Assembly: GCA_037189645.1 (NCBI GenBank)
Contig: JBBCIY010000002.1
Span: 460,922 to 524,921 of the forward strand
Length of the DNA stretch: 64,000 bases
From: Crocinitomicaceae bacterium
GTDB lineage: Bacteria; Bacteroidota; Bacteroidia; Flavobacteriales_D; Crocinitomicaceae
Reading direction: 5' to 3'
Shown here: piece by piece, positions 1 through 8,727 of the stretch
How positions within the stretch are numbered: the first letter of the stretch is position 1
Layout of the letters: the number at the start of each line of letters is the position of its first letter
The notes under the pieces: generated by a model
The model's input: only the letters and a program-made list of their open reading frames with translations
Told to the model about the DNA's origin: nothing
The model's database searches: none
Translations under genes and position numbers: made by a program

Positions 1-45
1 AGCAGGACTGTTATCATCCACGTTTTGAGATTGATCTTACTCATG
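1..45 (-). CDS. Partial CDS (N-terminal 15 aa only; gene continues leftward out of window), hypothetical membrane/secreted protein
   Basis: Reverse complement of 1-45 reads ATG-MSKINLKTWMITVLL..., hydrophobic like a signal/TM start. It lies just downstream (on - strand) of the terminator hairpin at 104-144. Confidence 0.25.
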
Positions 46-103
46 TTGATTTGGTTTAATGAAACAATTAAAAAATAAAGAGCAGGTTTTCACAGTGGCA
101 GCA

Positions 104-144
104 TAAAAAACGCAACACCAAGTTTTGATGCCCGGTGTTGCGTT
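104..144 (-). terminator. Rho-independent terminator of the 933-aa T9SS cargo gene
   Basis: Perfect 11-bp inverted repeat AACGCAACACC (109-119) / GGTGTTGCGTT (134-144). On the minus strand the hairpin is followed by a TTTTTTAT run (plus-strand A-run 104-110). It sits immediately 3' of the stop at 166. Confidence 0.6.
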
Positions 145-165
145 AGTTTTCAGAATGGTTTTTAT

Positions 166-2967
166 TTATTTTTTAAGGATCTTGTCGGTGATCGTAAACG
201 TATCGGTTTGAACGTTCAGCTGGTAGATTCCCGCTGAAAAACCGGAGAAATCAATGCTGACAGATGCTGTATTTGAATAGTTGCCGGAAAAGACCTGCTT
301 CCCGATCTGGTCAATCACCTGCACGGTTGCTGAAGCTGCGTTCTGTCCGAATGAAACCGTTACAAGATCGGTCGCAGGGTTGGGATAAACAAGGATATTG
401 TTTTCCAGTGTTTCCAACCCTACAGACGAAATGTTCACTGTAATTTCGATCTCATCGTATTTGGTGTTGTCCTCAACGGAAGTTGCCCTTACGATCGCAG
501 TTCCGTTTGCCAGGGCAGATACCAGCCCGTTCGCATCAACGGAAACGACGGTGCTTCCGCTTTCAACACTCCAGGTCACATCCTGGCTTACAGTGGAAGG
601 ATTCACGGTTGCGATCAATTGTAAAGTCCCGTTCGCAGTAGTGATTACCGGCGCTGCGTCATTCAGTACAGATACAATGACCTCGTCTACTTCAACAACA
701 ACGGGGAAGCTGACTGTGATTTCAATTTCATCGGATTTGTTATAATCTTCCACGGATGTAGCCCGTACAACCGCAGTTCCGTTTGCCAAAGCCGTTACCA
801 GTCCGTTCGCGTCAACAGAAACAACAGCTCCTCCGCTCTGAACGGTCCAGATCACATCCTGGCTTGAAATTTCGTTGGTCACTGTCGCAACTAGCTGCAA
901 GGTTCCGTTCGCAGTAGTAATCTCTGCCGGTACGTTGTTTTCGGTAGTGACAACTACAGTCAGCTCTTCTGGTTCTCCTGTTCCCGGGATGGTCAGTGAG
1001 AAATTGTCGATCGCAGCAGGTAAGCCGTTTGATCCGTTGATGTTTCTCCATGTGAAGATTACGCGGATGGTTTGCCCGGCAAATGAAGAAATGTCAAAAT
1101 TGGTATTCGTATAAGTAATGAACGCATTCTGGTTGAGGAAATCACCATTCTGATCATTCCCCGCGATCTTGACTCCGCCTGAAACAAAGTTTCCTCCTGT
1201 CGGTGTGTAGTTGGCAGGAGTGATATGTACCTGCATATAGTTGTATGCATCGTATCCCCATCCGCCATCGTAAAAATCACCTTGCGACCTCCAGTCAAAG
1301 GACAATTCTGCGATTGTTGCTCCCTGTGGAATAATGATATCGCGGTATGCGTGTACTGTTTGTACAATGCTCAGGTCTGCGGATAAGGTTGCTCCGTCAT
1401 CATTTGAAACATACAGGGACTGAGTGCCGCCATTGCTGACTGCATTCCCGATCACCCATTTTGTTGTTCTGTTTTCCTGGTTCACGAACGTCCAGTCTGA
1501 ATTTGTTTCGAAGTCATCTGTAAAAGGAACCGTGGCAGGTGTTTGAGGGATGTTTACTGTAACGACAATTTCGTCGTATTTGGTATTGTCCTCGTCAGAT
1601 GTCGCTCTTACGGTCACACTTCCGTTTGCGATGGCAGTAACCAACCCGTTCTGGTCTACAGAAGCGGCTGTTCCGCTTTCAATGCTCCATGTTACATCCT
1701 GTGGCGCTGTTGCAACAGGTAAAACTGTAGCGATCAACTGCAGCGTGCCGTTTGCAGTTGTGATTGTTGCAGGAACATTGTTTTCCGTAGTGACTTCAAC
1801 TTCGTGAACAGAACTTGATTCGGTGATGTTCAGTGTATAATCCTCTACCTGTCCCCGTGGAAAGAAAGGATTGGTACACGGAGAGTTGGAAGGCGCGTTT
1901 ATGTTTTTTACAATACGCATCCCGATAGGGCCGACAAAGGCATCTGTGGGAATGGTCACCGTGTGGATCATTTGCTGCTCATCCGCACCATCACTGTTGA
2001 TAATTGCAGTTGTATGCTGGTGTTTTTCCGGCTGATTGGTCAGCTGTTGCTGTGCCGCCGCATCTGCGGGAGTTGCATTGGAAAAGGTTCCGTCTCCGTT
2101 CCAGTCAAAATAGACCGTAATGTAGTTGGTGTTGTTACCGTTTGTGTTCGCCTTTACCAGCAGTGTGTACGATTCTCCCCTTACAACATCCATTGAAATG
2201 CTGGAAAAGTCTTCATGTCTCGGCGTTGTTGTTGAAACTTCATTTACGGAAGAATTGTTGATTGCTCCGGGAGCACCTTCCGCTACTCCAAGCTGAACCA
2301 GTGTGATTGGCTCTGCAGGTTCGTTGATGGCCCAGCCGGTATAGCTCGGTGTGCAGTAAACAGGGGCGGTTGGCGTTGATGACGAGATGGTCACTGTGTA
2401 GTCTTCTGTCTGTCCGGAACGGTATGAACCGCACGCGCCTGTAATGGAGCTGGCAGCATTCGGGTCACTGTATGCGGCGATGTTTGTGTTTTTCAATACC
2501 CGCATTCTTGTTGCCCCGCTCACTGCGTTTGCCGGAATAACGATGTCTCCTGTAATGGTATGCGCATTGGCAGGGTTGGCACTTGCAAGCCTCCCGATGT
2601 AGAAACTTTCTCCCGCGTCATCAAACGACCCGTTCTGGTTGAAGTCAATGAACACCACCACATCACTCGGAAAGGTGCTTGATGGCCCTTTTACAGAGAT
2701 CGGGTAGGTATTCCCGGTTTCCACAGTGGTAGACTGAGCGGTAAAATCTTCATAATCAGGTGTGGTTCCTGAGGTAAATGGAGATGTTTGGTTGATGTCG
2801 CCAAAAATAACCTGTGTGATCATGTTGCCGTCAGCGTTGTACTCCCATGACGGTGAACAGTAAGTTTGTCCCTTTGCACTGATAAAAGGAGCAATTACTG
2901 TCAGAACAAATACGGCAATACGTGCGGTTATTTGTTTTGACAGGATGGTTGTGTACGTTTTCATCAT
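166..2967 (-). CDS. Large secreted cell-surface protein, T9SS type-A cargo
   Basis: 933-aa ORF with an N-terminal signal peptide. Two GEVED-like motifs (GQTEDYTVTI, RGQVEDYTLNI). Three Big_2-like Ig repeats (NGLVTAxANGTxxVRATS). A MAM/CBM-like beta-sandwich segment. C-terminal Por_Secre_tail (LVYPNPATDLVTVSF...GIYQLNVQTDTFTITDKILKK). Confidence 0.85.
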   Translation of the reverse strand: MMKTYTTILSKQITARIAVFVLTVIAPFISAKGQTYCSPSWEYNADGNMITQVIFGDINQTSPFTSGTTPDYEDFTAQSTTVETGNTYPISVKGPSSTFPSDVVVFIDFNQNGSFDDAGESFYIGRLASANPANAHTITGDIVIPANAVSGATRMRVLKNTNIAAYSDPNAASSITGACGSYRSGQTEDYTVTISSSTPTAPVYCTPSYTGWAINEPAEPITLVQLGVAEGAPGAINNSSVNEVSTTTPRHEDFSSISMDVVRGESYTLLVKANTNGNNTNYITVYFDWNGDGTFSNATPADAAAQQQLTNQPEKHQHTTAIINSDGADEQQMIHTVTIPTDAFVGPIGMRIVKNINAPSNSPCTNPFFPRGQVEDYTLNITESSSVHEVEVTTENNVPATITTANGTLQLIATVLPVATAPQDVTWSIESGTAASVDQNGLVTAIANGSVTVRATSDEDNTKYDEIVVTVNIPQTPATVPFTDDFETNSDWTFVNQENRTTKWVIGNAVSNGGTQSLYVSNDDGATLSADLSIVQTVHAYRDIIIPQGATIAELSFDWRSQGDFYDGGWGYDAYNYMQVHITPANYTPTGGNFVSGGVKIAGNDQNGDFLNQNAFITYTNTNFDISSFAGQTIRVIFTWRNINGSNGLPAAIDNFSLTIPGTGEPEELTVVVTTENNVPAEITTANGTLQLVATVTNEISSQDVIWTVQSGGAVVSVDANGLVTALANGTAVVRATSVEDYNKSDEIEITVSFPVVVEVDEVIVSVLNDAAPVITTANGTLQLIATVNPSTVSQDVTWSVESGSTVVSVDANGLVSALANGTAIVRATSVEDNTKYDEIEITVNISSVGLETLENNILVYPNPATDLVTVSFGQNAASATVQVIDQIGKQVFSGNYSNTASVSIDFSGFSAGIYQLNVQTDTFTITDKILKK

Positions 2968-3119
2968 ACTGATTGGATTAAATAATTAAAAAATACGCGT
3001 CTGTTAATTTATATTAAGTCTAAATAAATTAAATTTGTGCAAAATTATTGCTGTTGATTCTTTATCGGATGGTTTAAAACGGATGCATAGTTAGCATTTG
3101 CGGATTATTCTGCTGAGGT

Positions 3120-4061
3120 GTGGTTAGGTTTTTGGAAATGAGACGAGAAGATATTGAAGGAAAGGGATTGGGTGTCCGGTCGCTCCTTGGTGCGGGTTTT
3201 GAAGAGAAGAAAAACACTTTTTTTGAATCGGAGCGTTTTAGTTTTTGTGAGTTGAAACCGGGGAAAGGCGTGCTTGTTGTTCCCGGAATTCATTCTCCTG
3301 TTGTTCATTCGGTGTTTTCTCTTTCTGAAGAAAGCCGGGTGGAGGTCAAATGCGGATCCGGACGTTTATCGGTTGGTGGTGGAGCTCATACGATTGTTGT
3401 ATTGAATGATGTGGGTTGCCTGAAAATGAATGCGGCCGGTTTTTCCGACAGGTCGTTTTATCTTTCGTTTTCCCCGGAATTCTTCAGCCGGTTCATGGAG
3501 GGTGATTTTTCCGGTTTTAACCAGGGGGAAAATGCTGGTAAGCACATGAGGGTCCTGGTAAAGGAAGGGATGCGGGTTACTCCGGAAATGCGTTCTGTTA
3601 TTGAAGAGCTGATCACCTGTAAAAGGACCGGAGTTTTGAAGAAGATGTTTTTGGAGGCGAAAGTATTGAAATTGCTGATGCTGCAATTGGAGCAATACGA
3701 ATTGCTGAGCAGGAAGGAAGACCTGAAATATGTCAGGGAATATGATGTGGATAAGATCCATCTGGCAAAAACGATCCTCGATAATAGTATTTCTGCCTCA
3801 ATTTCTGTTATTGAGCTGGCGCACAGAGTCGGGTTAAATGACTTCAAGCTGAAAAGAGGATTTAAGGAGATTTTCAAAACTACGGTATACAACTATCTCT
3901 ATGAGCTGCGTATGCAGGAGGCAAAACGGTTGCTTCTGAATACCGATCAGTCGGTGAATGAAATCGCGGCTTACTGCAGTTATGAATTTGTGCAGAGTTT
4001 TATAAAGGCGTTCAAGCGGAAATACGGCATTCCTCCTGAAAAATTCAGGCATTCCGGCTGA
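3120..4061 (+). CDS. AraC/XylS-family transcriptional regulator
   Basis: C-terminal double HTH typical of AraC (ELAHRVGLNDFKLKRGFKEIFKTTVYNYLYELRMQEAKRLL...SVNEIAAYCSYEFVQSFIKAFKRKYGIPP). The true start may be an internal Met (e.g. 3138). Confidence 0.8.
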   Translation: MVRFLEMRREDIEGKGLGVRSLLGAGFEEKKNTFFESERFSFCELKPGKGVLVVPGIHSPVVHSVFSLSEESRVEVKCGSGRLSVGGGAHTIVVLNDVGCLKMNAAGFSDRSFYLSFSPEFFSRFMEGDFSGFNQGENAGKHMRVLVKEGMRVTPEMRSVIEELITCKRTGVLKKMFLEAKVLKLLMLQLEQYELLSRKEDLKYVREYDVDKIHLAKTILDNSISASISVIELAHRVGLNDFKLKRGFKEIFKTTVYNYLYELRMQEAKRLLLNTDQSVNEIAAYCSYEFVQSFIKAFKRKYGIPPEKFRHSG

Positions 4062-4098
4062 ACGGGATCATCCTGTTGATTTCTTTTTTTGTAAGGTA

Positions 4099-4126
4099 GA
4101 GGTGGCTTTCGGGCCGCCTTTTTTAT
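4099..4126 (+). terminator. Putative intrinsic terminator after the AraC gene
   Basis: GAGGTGGC (4099-4106) pairs with GCCGCCTT (4113-4120) allowing two G-U wobbles, loop TTTCGG, followed by TTTTTTATT. Confidence 0.45.
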
Positions 4127-4200
4127 TGCCTGTCAATAAAAACGGACTGGATATAAATTCCGGATAAGCCATCCATATTGGAAATGATTTTTCAACAATT

Positions 4201-4339
4201 ACCACTTTTTACCACTATTATAAAAATCGTTAAAATGCTTTATTTTTCAGTATTTTTTGATAATTTAATGAAACTTTTATTCCTTTGTTGCGTTAATAGT
4301 TATCAACAATTACTATTTTGGTGGTAAAAAGTGGTAAAT
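4201..4339. promoter_or_regulatory. mraZ promoter region with two inverted arrays of GTGGT-N5-GTGGT (MraZ-box-like direct repeats)
   Basis: ACCACTTTTTACCAC at 4201-4215 and its exact reverse complement GTGGTAAAAAGTGGT at 4322-4336, 32 bp upstream of the mraZ ATG. Each is two GTGGT pentamers separated by a 5-nt spacer, resembling the MraZ DRs (GTGGG-N5 repeats) of E. coli. Both copies are preceded by TCAACAATTAC. Confidence 0.45.
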
Positions 4340-4367
4340 AGTCTTTATTTTTACCCATTATTACATC

Positions 4368-4829
4368 ATGGCAGGCTTAGTAGGAGAATATGAAGTAAAG
4401 TTGGACGCGAAAGGGCGTTTCTTGTTTCCGGCAGGTTTACGGAAGCAGCTTCCTCCTGTATCCCAGAATGATTTCATGCTGAACAAGGGATTTGAAGACT
4501 GTCTCACGCTGTACCCGCTTGTAGAGTGGGAAAAGATCAGCGAGAGGTTGTCAAAGATGAATTTGTTCAAGCCGAAGAACCGAATGTTTTACCGGTTGTT
4601 CCACCAGGGAGCGAAACAGGTTTCACTGGATAACGCGGGCAGGATTCTGATCCCGTCAACCCATGTGGAACGTGTCGGTATCAAACAGGATGTTATGCTC
4701 ATTGCTTACAATGACCGCATTGAAATCTGGGATAAAGCCAAATACTTCGCATTGATCGAAGAGAACATGGTGGATTTCGCTGATCTGGCGGATGAAGTAA
4801 TGGGAGATCTAAATGACGGAGACGAATAA
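4368..4829 (+). CDS. mraZ: Transcriptional regulator MraZ
   Basis: 153 aa. N-terminus MAGLVGEYEVKLDAKGRFLFPAGLRKQL is the canonical MraZ start. Duplicated MraZ/SpoVT-AbrB fold. First gene of the dcw cluster. Confidence 0.95.
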   Translation: MAGLVGEYEVKLDAKGRFLFPAGLRKQLPPVSQNDFMLNKGFEDCLTLYPLVEWEKISERLSKMNLFKPKNRMFYRLFHQGAKQVSLDNAGRILIPSTHVERVGIKQDVMLIAYNDRIEIWDKAKYFALIEENMVDFADLADEVMGDLNDGDE

Positions 4830-5739
4830 AACATATCATGTTCCGGTAATGCTTCAGGAATGCCTGGAAGGATTGAATATCAATCCTGATGGCGTTTATG
4901 TGGATGTAACCTTTGGTGGAGGCGGGCATTCCCGTGCGATTTTCGAACGGTTGAGCCCCAAGGGACAGCTGATTGTTTTTGATCAGGATCCGGACGCTAA
5001 GCGCAATGCGTGGGACGCACCTAATTTTCACTTTGTAGCGGCCAATTTCTCTTTTTTACAGAATCATTTGCGATTGCTCGGGATTAAGGAAGTGGACGGC
5101 ATCCTTGCTGACCTGGGAGTTTCTTCTCACCAGTTCGACGAAGAGCAGCGTGGGTTTTCCATTCGTGGGAACGCTCCGCTGGATATGCGGATGAATCAGA
5201 ACGGTGAGCTCACAGCTGAAAAGCTTGTGAACGAGTACGAAGAAACCGAATTGATCCGCATTTTCCGCAATTACGGAGAACTGAAAAATGCACGCAACAT
5301 TGCGCAGACCATCGTTTCCAGGAGGGAATCCGGCAGGATAAAGACAACGCAGGAACTGATGGACGCACTTCTGAAATGTGCTCCGAAATTCAAAGACCAT
5401 AAGTTTTTTGCCCAGGTATTCCAGGCGATCCGTATCGAAGTGAATCAGGAAATGGATGTGCTGGAACGCTTTTTATTGCAGACCGGGAATGTCATTAAGA
5501 CAGGAGGGAGATTGGTGGTGATGTCCTATCATTCCCTGGAAGACCGTTTAGTGAAAAACTATATGAAACGCGGTAACCTGGATGGAGCGATCGAAAAAGA
5601 TTTCTTCGGAAATGTACTGAAGCCTTTTGATGAGGTGGTGCGCCACCCTGTTGTTCCATCAGAGGAAGAATGCCGGCGGAACTCAAGAGCGCGGAGTGCG
5701 AAGTTGAGGATAGCAGAGAGAAGGAAGTTAAAAGATTAA
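4813..5739 (+). CDS. rsmH: 16S rRNA (cytosine1402-N4)-methyltransferase RsmH (MraW)
   Basis: 308 aa with the HVPVMLQE...YVDVTFGGGGHS...DLGVSSHQ motifs. Overlaps the mraZ stop. Conserved dcw position. Confidence 0.95.
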   Translation: MTETNKTYHVPVMLQECLEGLNINPDGVYVDVTFGGGGHSRAIFERLSPKGQLIVFDQDPDAKRNAWDAPNFHFVAANFSFLQNHLRLLGIKEVDGILADLGVSSHQFDEEQRGFSIRGNAPLDMRMNQNGELTAEKLVNEYEETELIRIFRNYGELKNARNIAQTIVSRRESGRIKTTQELMDALLKCAPKFKDHKFFAQVFQAIRIEVNQEMDVLERFLLQTGNVIKTGGRLVVMSYHSLEDRLVKNYMKRGNLDGAIEKDFFGNVLKPFDEVVRHPVVPSEEECRRNSRARSAKLRIAERRKLKD

Positions 5740-5756
5740 AAAGGGAAGATTTATCT

Positions 5757-5774
5757 CCCCTCCTTGAGGAGGGG
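5757..5774. repeat. Palindromic intergenic element, copy A (CCCCTCC-TTGA-GGAGGGG)
   Basis: Perfect 7-bp stem with loop TTGA, followed by CGGGGGAGG. Near-identical copy at 12972-12989. No T-run on either side, so not a canonical terminator. Confidence 0.5.
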
Positions 5775-5813
5775 CGGGGGAGGTGACTTTCACTATAAAT
5801 AAAAACAAAAGAG

Positions 5814-6143
5814 ATGAAAAAATTAAAATTATTAACTCTCACAATCATTGCTCTGACAGCAATAATCTTTACTGATGTGAAAGCACAGGAAACGGTTGTT
5901 ATTCGTACGCTGGAAACCCAAGTGAAGCTTATAGGGGATGCTGAGATTGTTACAGTAACTCCTGACGGAAGGGTGGAGCAGACTCTATTGGTAAAAGGAC
6001 CGATGCCAAAAGTTATCGAAGACAATAGTATTCTGATTCGGAATGAGATTGTTAAATGGAGAAATCAGGGATTCAGGATGGTGAGCTCGACAGCGGCAGC
6101 ACACGATAATTTTTTGGTAACAACCTACATCCTTGAAAAATAA
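5814..6143 (+). CDS. Small secreted hypothetical protein inserted between rsmH and ftsL
   Basis: 109 aa with a clear signal peptide (MKKLKLLTLTIIALTAIIFTDVKAQ). Coding-like composition. No recognisable family. Confidence 0.4.
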   Translation: MKKLKLLTLTIIALTAIIFTDVKAQETVVIRTLETQVKLIGDAEIVTVTPDGRVEQTLLVKGPMPKVIEDNSILIRNEIVKWRNQGFRMVSSTAAAHDNFLVTTYILEK

Positions 6144-6176
6144 CACTCTGCGCCCTTTGCACCTTTGCATTAAAAA

Positions 6177-6593
6177 ATGGATAACGAATTTGTAAAAAAG
6201 CCCGAACCGGAAGTGGTGAAAGAAAAGCCACGGAAGTCTGCGAAAAAAAAGGCATCGGCCGATCGTGGAAAAACATCGCGTGCTTTGACGCAGATCCTGA
6301 ACGGAGATTTTTTGACAAAGGAGTTTGTGCTGAACAACCTCAATTTCATCTTCTTTATCATTTTCCTGCTGTTGGTTACCGTAGGGAAAGGATATTACGG
6401 AAAACAGCTCTCCAAAGATGTGGAACGTACGCAAAAGGAGCTGGATGAGGTAACGGCAGAGTACATTGAAGTAAAAGCGAAGCTGGAAGAAGATACACGC
6501 CGGCAGGTGCTGGTAGAGAAGCTGGAAAGCAGAGGGTTGAAGGAAACGGTAAACCCGACCAAAGTGATACGAATTAAAGAAAAGAAAGATTGA
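6177..6593 (+). CDS. ftsL: FtsL-like cell-division protein
   Basis: 138 aa. Lys-rich cytoplasmic N-terminus, single TM (LNNLNFIFFIIFLLLVTVG), then coiled-coil (KELDEVTAEYIEVKAKLEEDTRRQVLVEKLE). Located immediately upstream of ftsI as in dcw clusters. Confidence 0.6.
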   Translation: MDNEFVKKPEPEVVKEKPRKSAKKKASADRGKTSRALTQILNGDFLTKEFVLNNLNFIFFIIFLLLVTVGKGYYGKQLSKDVERTQKELDEVTAEYIEVKAKLEEDTRRQVLVEKLESRGLKETVNPTKVIRIKEKKD

Positions 6594-6618
6594 GATCCTT
6601 CGGGACGATTAACGTGAA

Positions 6619-8727
6619 ATGAAAGAGAACAAGTCCATATACCTGCGTGCCTACCTGATTTACTTCGGGTTTGTTATCATTATGGCGGTCGTGGTGGTTA
6701 AAACCGTCATGCTTCAGTTCGAGGGGCGTACGGAAGTGTTCACTACGAATGACGGAGTACAGGAAAAAATGCCGACCCGGACTGTGAAACGCATTCCCCG
6801 GAGAGGAGAGATCCTGGATGCCAATTACAACCCGATGGTCACCTCTGTTTCCTTTTATGACATTCACATGGATCCGACAGTGGTAGATAAGAAGCTGTTT
6901 GATGAAGGAATCAATGAGCTGGCGCAGGGATTGTCGGAAATGTACCCGACCCGTTCGGCAAGTGAGTGGGAGCGCTACATTCGCTCGGCACGGTCTCAGA
7001 AAAAACGCTACCTGCTGATCAGACGCAAAGCAACCATTGAAGAAAAGAAACAATTGGCTTCGCTTCCGATTTTCAATAAAGGAAGGCTGAAAGGAGGACT
7101 GATCGACTCGGAAGAAACCATTGTCCGGAAACGTCCGCATGGAGAATTGCTGAAAAGAACACTGGGGTATTACCGCCCGAAAGAGGGAAGGGTAGGAGAA
7201 TTGAGAGTAGGGATTGAAGGAGCTTTCAATGATTACCTGGCAGGCGAATACGGAGAGGAAATTGAGCAGAAGTACGGAAACGGATGGAAAAAGACAGGGC
7301 AGATCATCCGTGAATCGGTGGAAGGGGCAAATGTGGTCACTTCGATCGACCTGGAGATCCAGGAAGTGGCACATACGGAACTGGAACGCCAGTTGCGCAA
7401 CCAGGAAGCGAAGCATGGCTCTGTGATCGTAATGGACGTGAAGACGGGGTTTGTGAAGGCAATGGTATCGCTGACAAAGGCGAATGACGGAAATTACTAC
7501 GAAATTTTCAACCATGCGATCGGGACAAAAGAAGTGCCGGGCTCAACGTTCAAGCTGGCTTCTCTGATGGCATTGCTGGAAGATGGAAAAGTGAAGATTA
7601 CCGATGAGGTCAATGCTTCCGGTGAATACCATTTCTTTGACAGGGTGATGAAAGACCACGACGGCGGGTATGGAAAGATCACCATCCAGCAGGCATTTGA
7701 GAAATCATCAAACGTGTTTACAAAGATCGTTTACAACGCGTACAAAGGAAACAGCGAAGCGTTTGTGAACCGCCTGAGAAGCTTCGGGCTGGCGGATTCG
7801 CTCGGATTGGATATTAAAGGAGAGGTAAAGCCGACCATGTATTATCCGAAACATCCGAACTGGTCGGGAGTTTCCCTGCCGTGGATGTCCGTAGGATACG
7901 AAGTTCAGCAGACCCCGATGCAAACGCTGGCATTCTACAATGCTGTTGCGAACAATGGCAAGTATGTGAAGCCCCAGTTTGTTACAGAAGTAAGAAGAGG
8001 ACAGGAAGTCGTTAAGAAATTCGAACCGGTCGTGTTGCGTGAGCAGATCTGCAAGGAATCCACACTGCGCATCCTGAAGATGTGCCTGGAAGGTGTGATG
8101 ACGAACGGAACAGGAAGGGCGTTGAAGTCGTCCTATTTTACCACTGCCGGGAAAACGGGAACAGCACGTATCCTGAATGCGGATAACACGTATGGCGACA
8201 AGGGCAGCTACAAATACCAGGCTTCTTTTGTCGGGTATTTCCCTGCCGACGAGCCGATGTACTCCTGCATTGTGGTGATCTCCGAGCCGAAATCTGAAAT
8301 ATACGGTGCGCGTGTATCGGGAACGGTATTCGCGGCGATCGCTAACAAGGTATATGCTTCCTCACTGAAATACCATGAAGCGATCAACGAAAAGAAAAGA
8401 AGACTGGAAGAAGCTCCTGTTTCAAGGGACGGGAACAGTGTGGATCTGGAAAAAGTGCTGCGCTCGTTCCGCATTCCGCATACCATTCACAACGACGGGG
8501 AATGGCTGAGCACGACCAGGCAGGAGAAAAGCATTGACCTGGAGCCACGATACATTGGAGAAAAAACAGTGCCGAATGTAGTAGGCATGACAGCGAAAGA
8601 CGCTGTATTCCTGATCGAAAAAACAGGAATGAAGGTAAAGCTGAACGGTTACGGGGCGGTTGTTTCCCAATCCATTCCGGCAGGAACGAAAGTAAGTGAT
8701 AACACAGTGGTTTTAACCTTGAGATGA
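6619..8727 (+). CDS. ftsI: Peptidoglycan D,D-transpeptidase FtsI (PBP3) with C-terminal PASTA domain
   Basis: 702 aa. N-terminal TM, PBP dimerisation domain, transpeptidase motifs STFK (GSTFKLASL), SSN (EKSSNVF) and KTGT (GKTGTARI). C-terminal PASTA-like segment (VPNVVGMTAKDAV...). Confidence 0.9.
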   Translation: MKENKSIYLRAYLIYFGFVIIMAVVVVKTVMLQFEGRTEVFTTNDGVQEKMPTRTVKRIPRRGEILDANYNPMVTSVSFYDIHMDPTVVDKKLFDEGINELAQGLSEMYPTRSASEWERYIRSARSQKKRYLLIRRKATIEEKKQLASLPIFNKGRLKGGLIDSEETIVRKRPHGELLKRTLGYYRPKEGRVGELRVGIEGAFNDYLAGEYGEEIEQKYGNGWKKTGQIIRESVEGANVVTSIDLEIQEVAHTELERQLRNQEAKHGSVIVMDVKTGFVKAMVSLTKANDGNYYEIFNHAIGTKEVPGSTFKLASLMALLEDGKVKITDEVNASGEYHFFDRVMKDHDGGYGKITIQQAFEKSSNVFTKIVYNAYKGNSEAFVNRLRSFGLADSLGLDIKGEVKPTMYYPKHPNWSGVSLPWMSVGYEVQQTPMQTLAFYNAVANNGKYVKPQFVTEVRRGQEVVKKFEPVVLREQICKESTLRILKMCLEGVMTNGTGRALKSSYFTTAGKTGTARILNADNTYGDKGSYKYQASFVGYFPADEPMYSCIVVISEPKSEIYGARVSGTVFAAIANKVYASSLKYHEAINEKKRRLEEAPVSRDGNSVDLEKVLRSFRIPHTIHNDGEWLSTTRQEKSIDLEPRYIGEKTVPNVVGMTAKDAVFLIEKTGMKVKLNGYGAVVSQSIPAGTKVSDNTVVLTLR

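Noticed and set aside
2968-3119. Searched intergenic spacers (2968-3119, 17064-17327, 35133-35401, 37043-37362, 38913-39247) for tRNA/ncRNA
   Set aside because: No cloverleaf-compatible stems or conserved T-loop (GTTCRA) / D-loop signatures found. They appear to be ordinary promoter-containing spacers.
5495-6025. 176-aa Ser-rich minus-strand ORF overlapping the 3' end of rsmH and the small secreted ORF
   Set aside because: Low-complexity translation. Overlaps two better-supported plus-strand genes. Would lack a promoter in a tightly packed operon.
6574-7515. 313-aa minus-strand ORF antisense to ftsI (and similar antisense ORFs 24864-25547 vs ftsA, 398-745 and 1550-1807 vs the 933-aa gene, 55453-55943 vs lipoprotein genes)
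   Set aside because: No recognisable motifs. They fully overlap well-supported genes with strong homology signatures. Typical long antisense ORFs.
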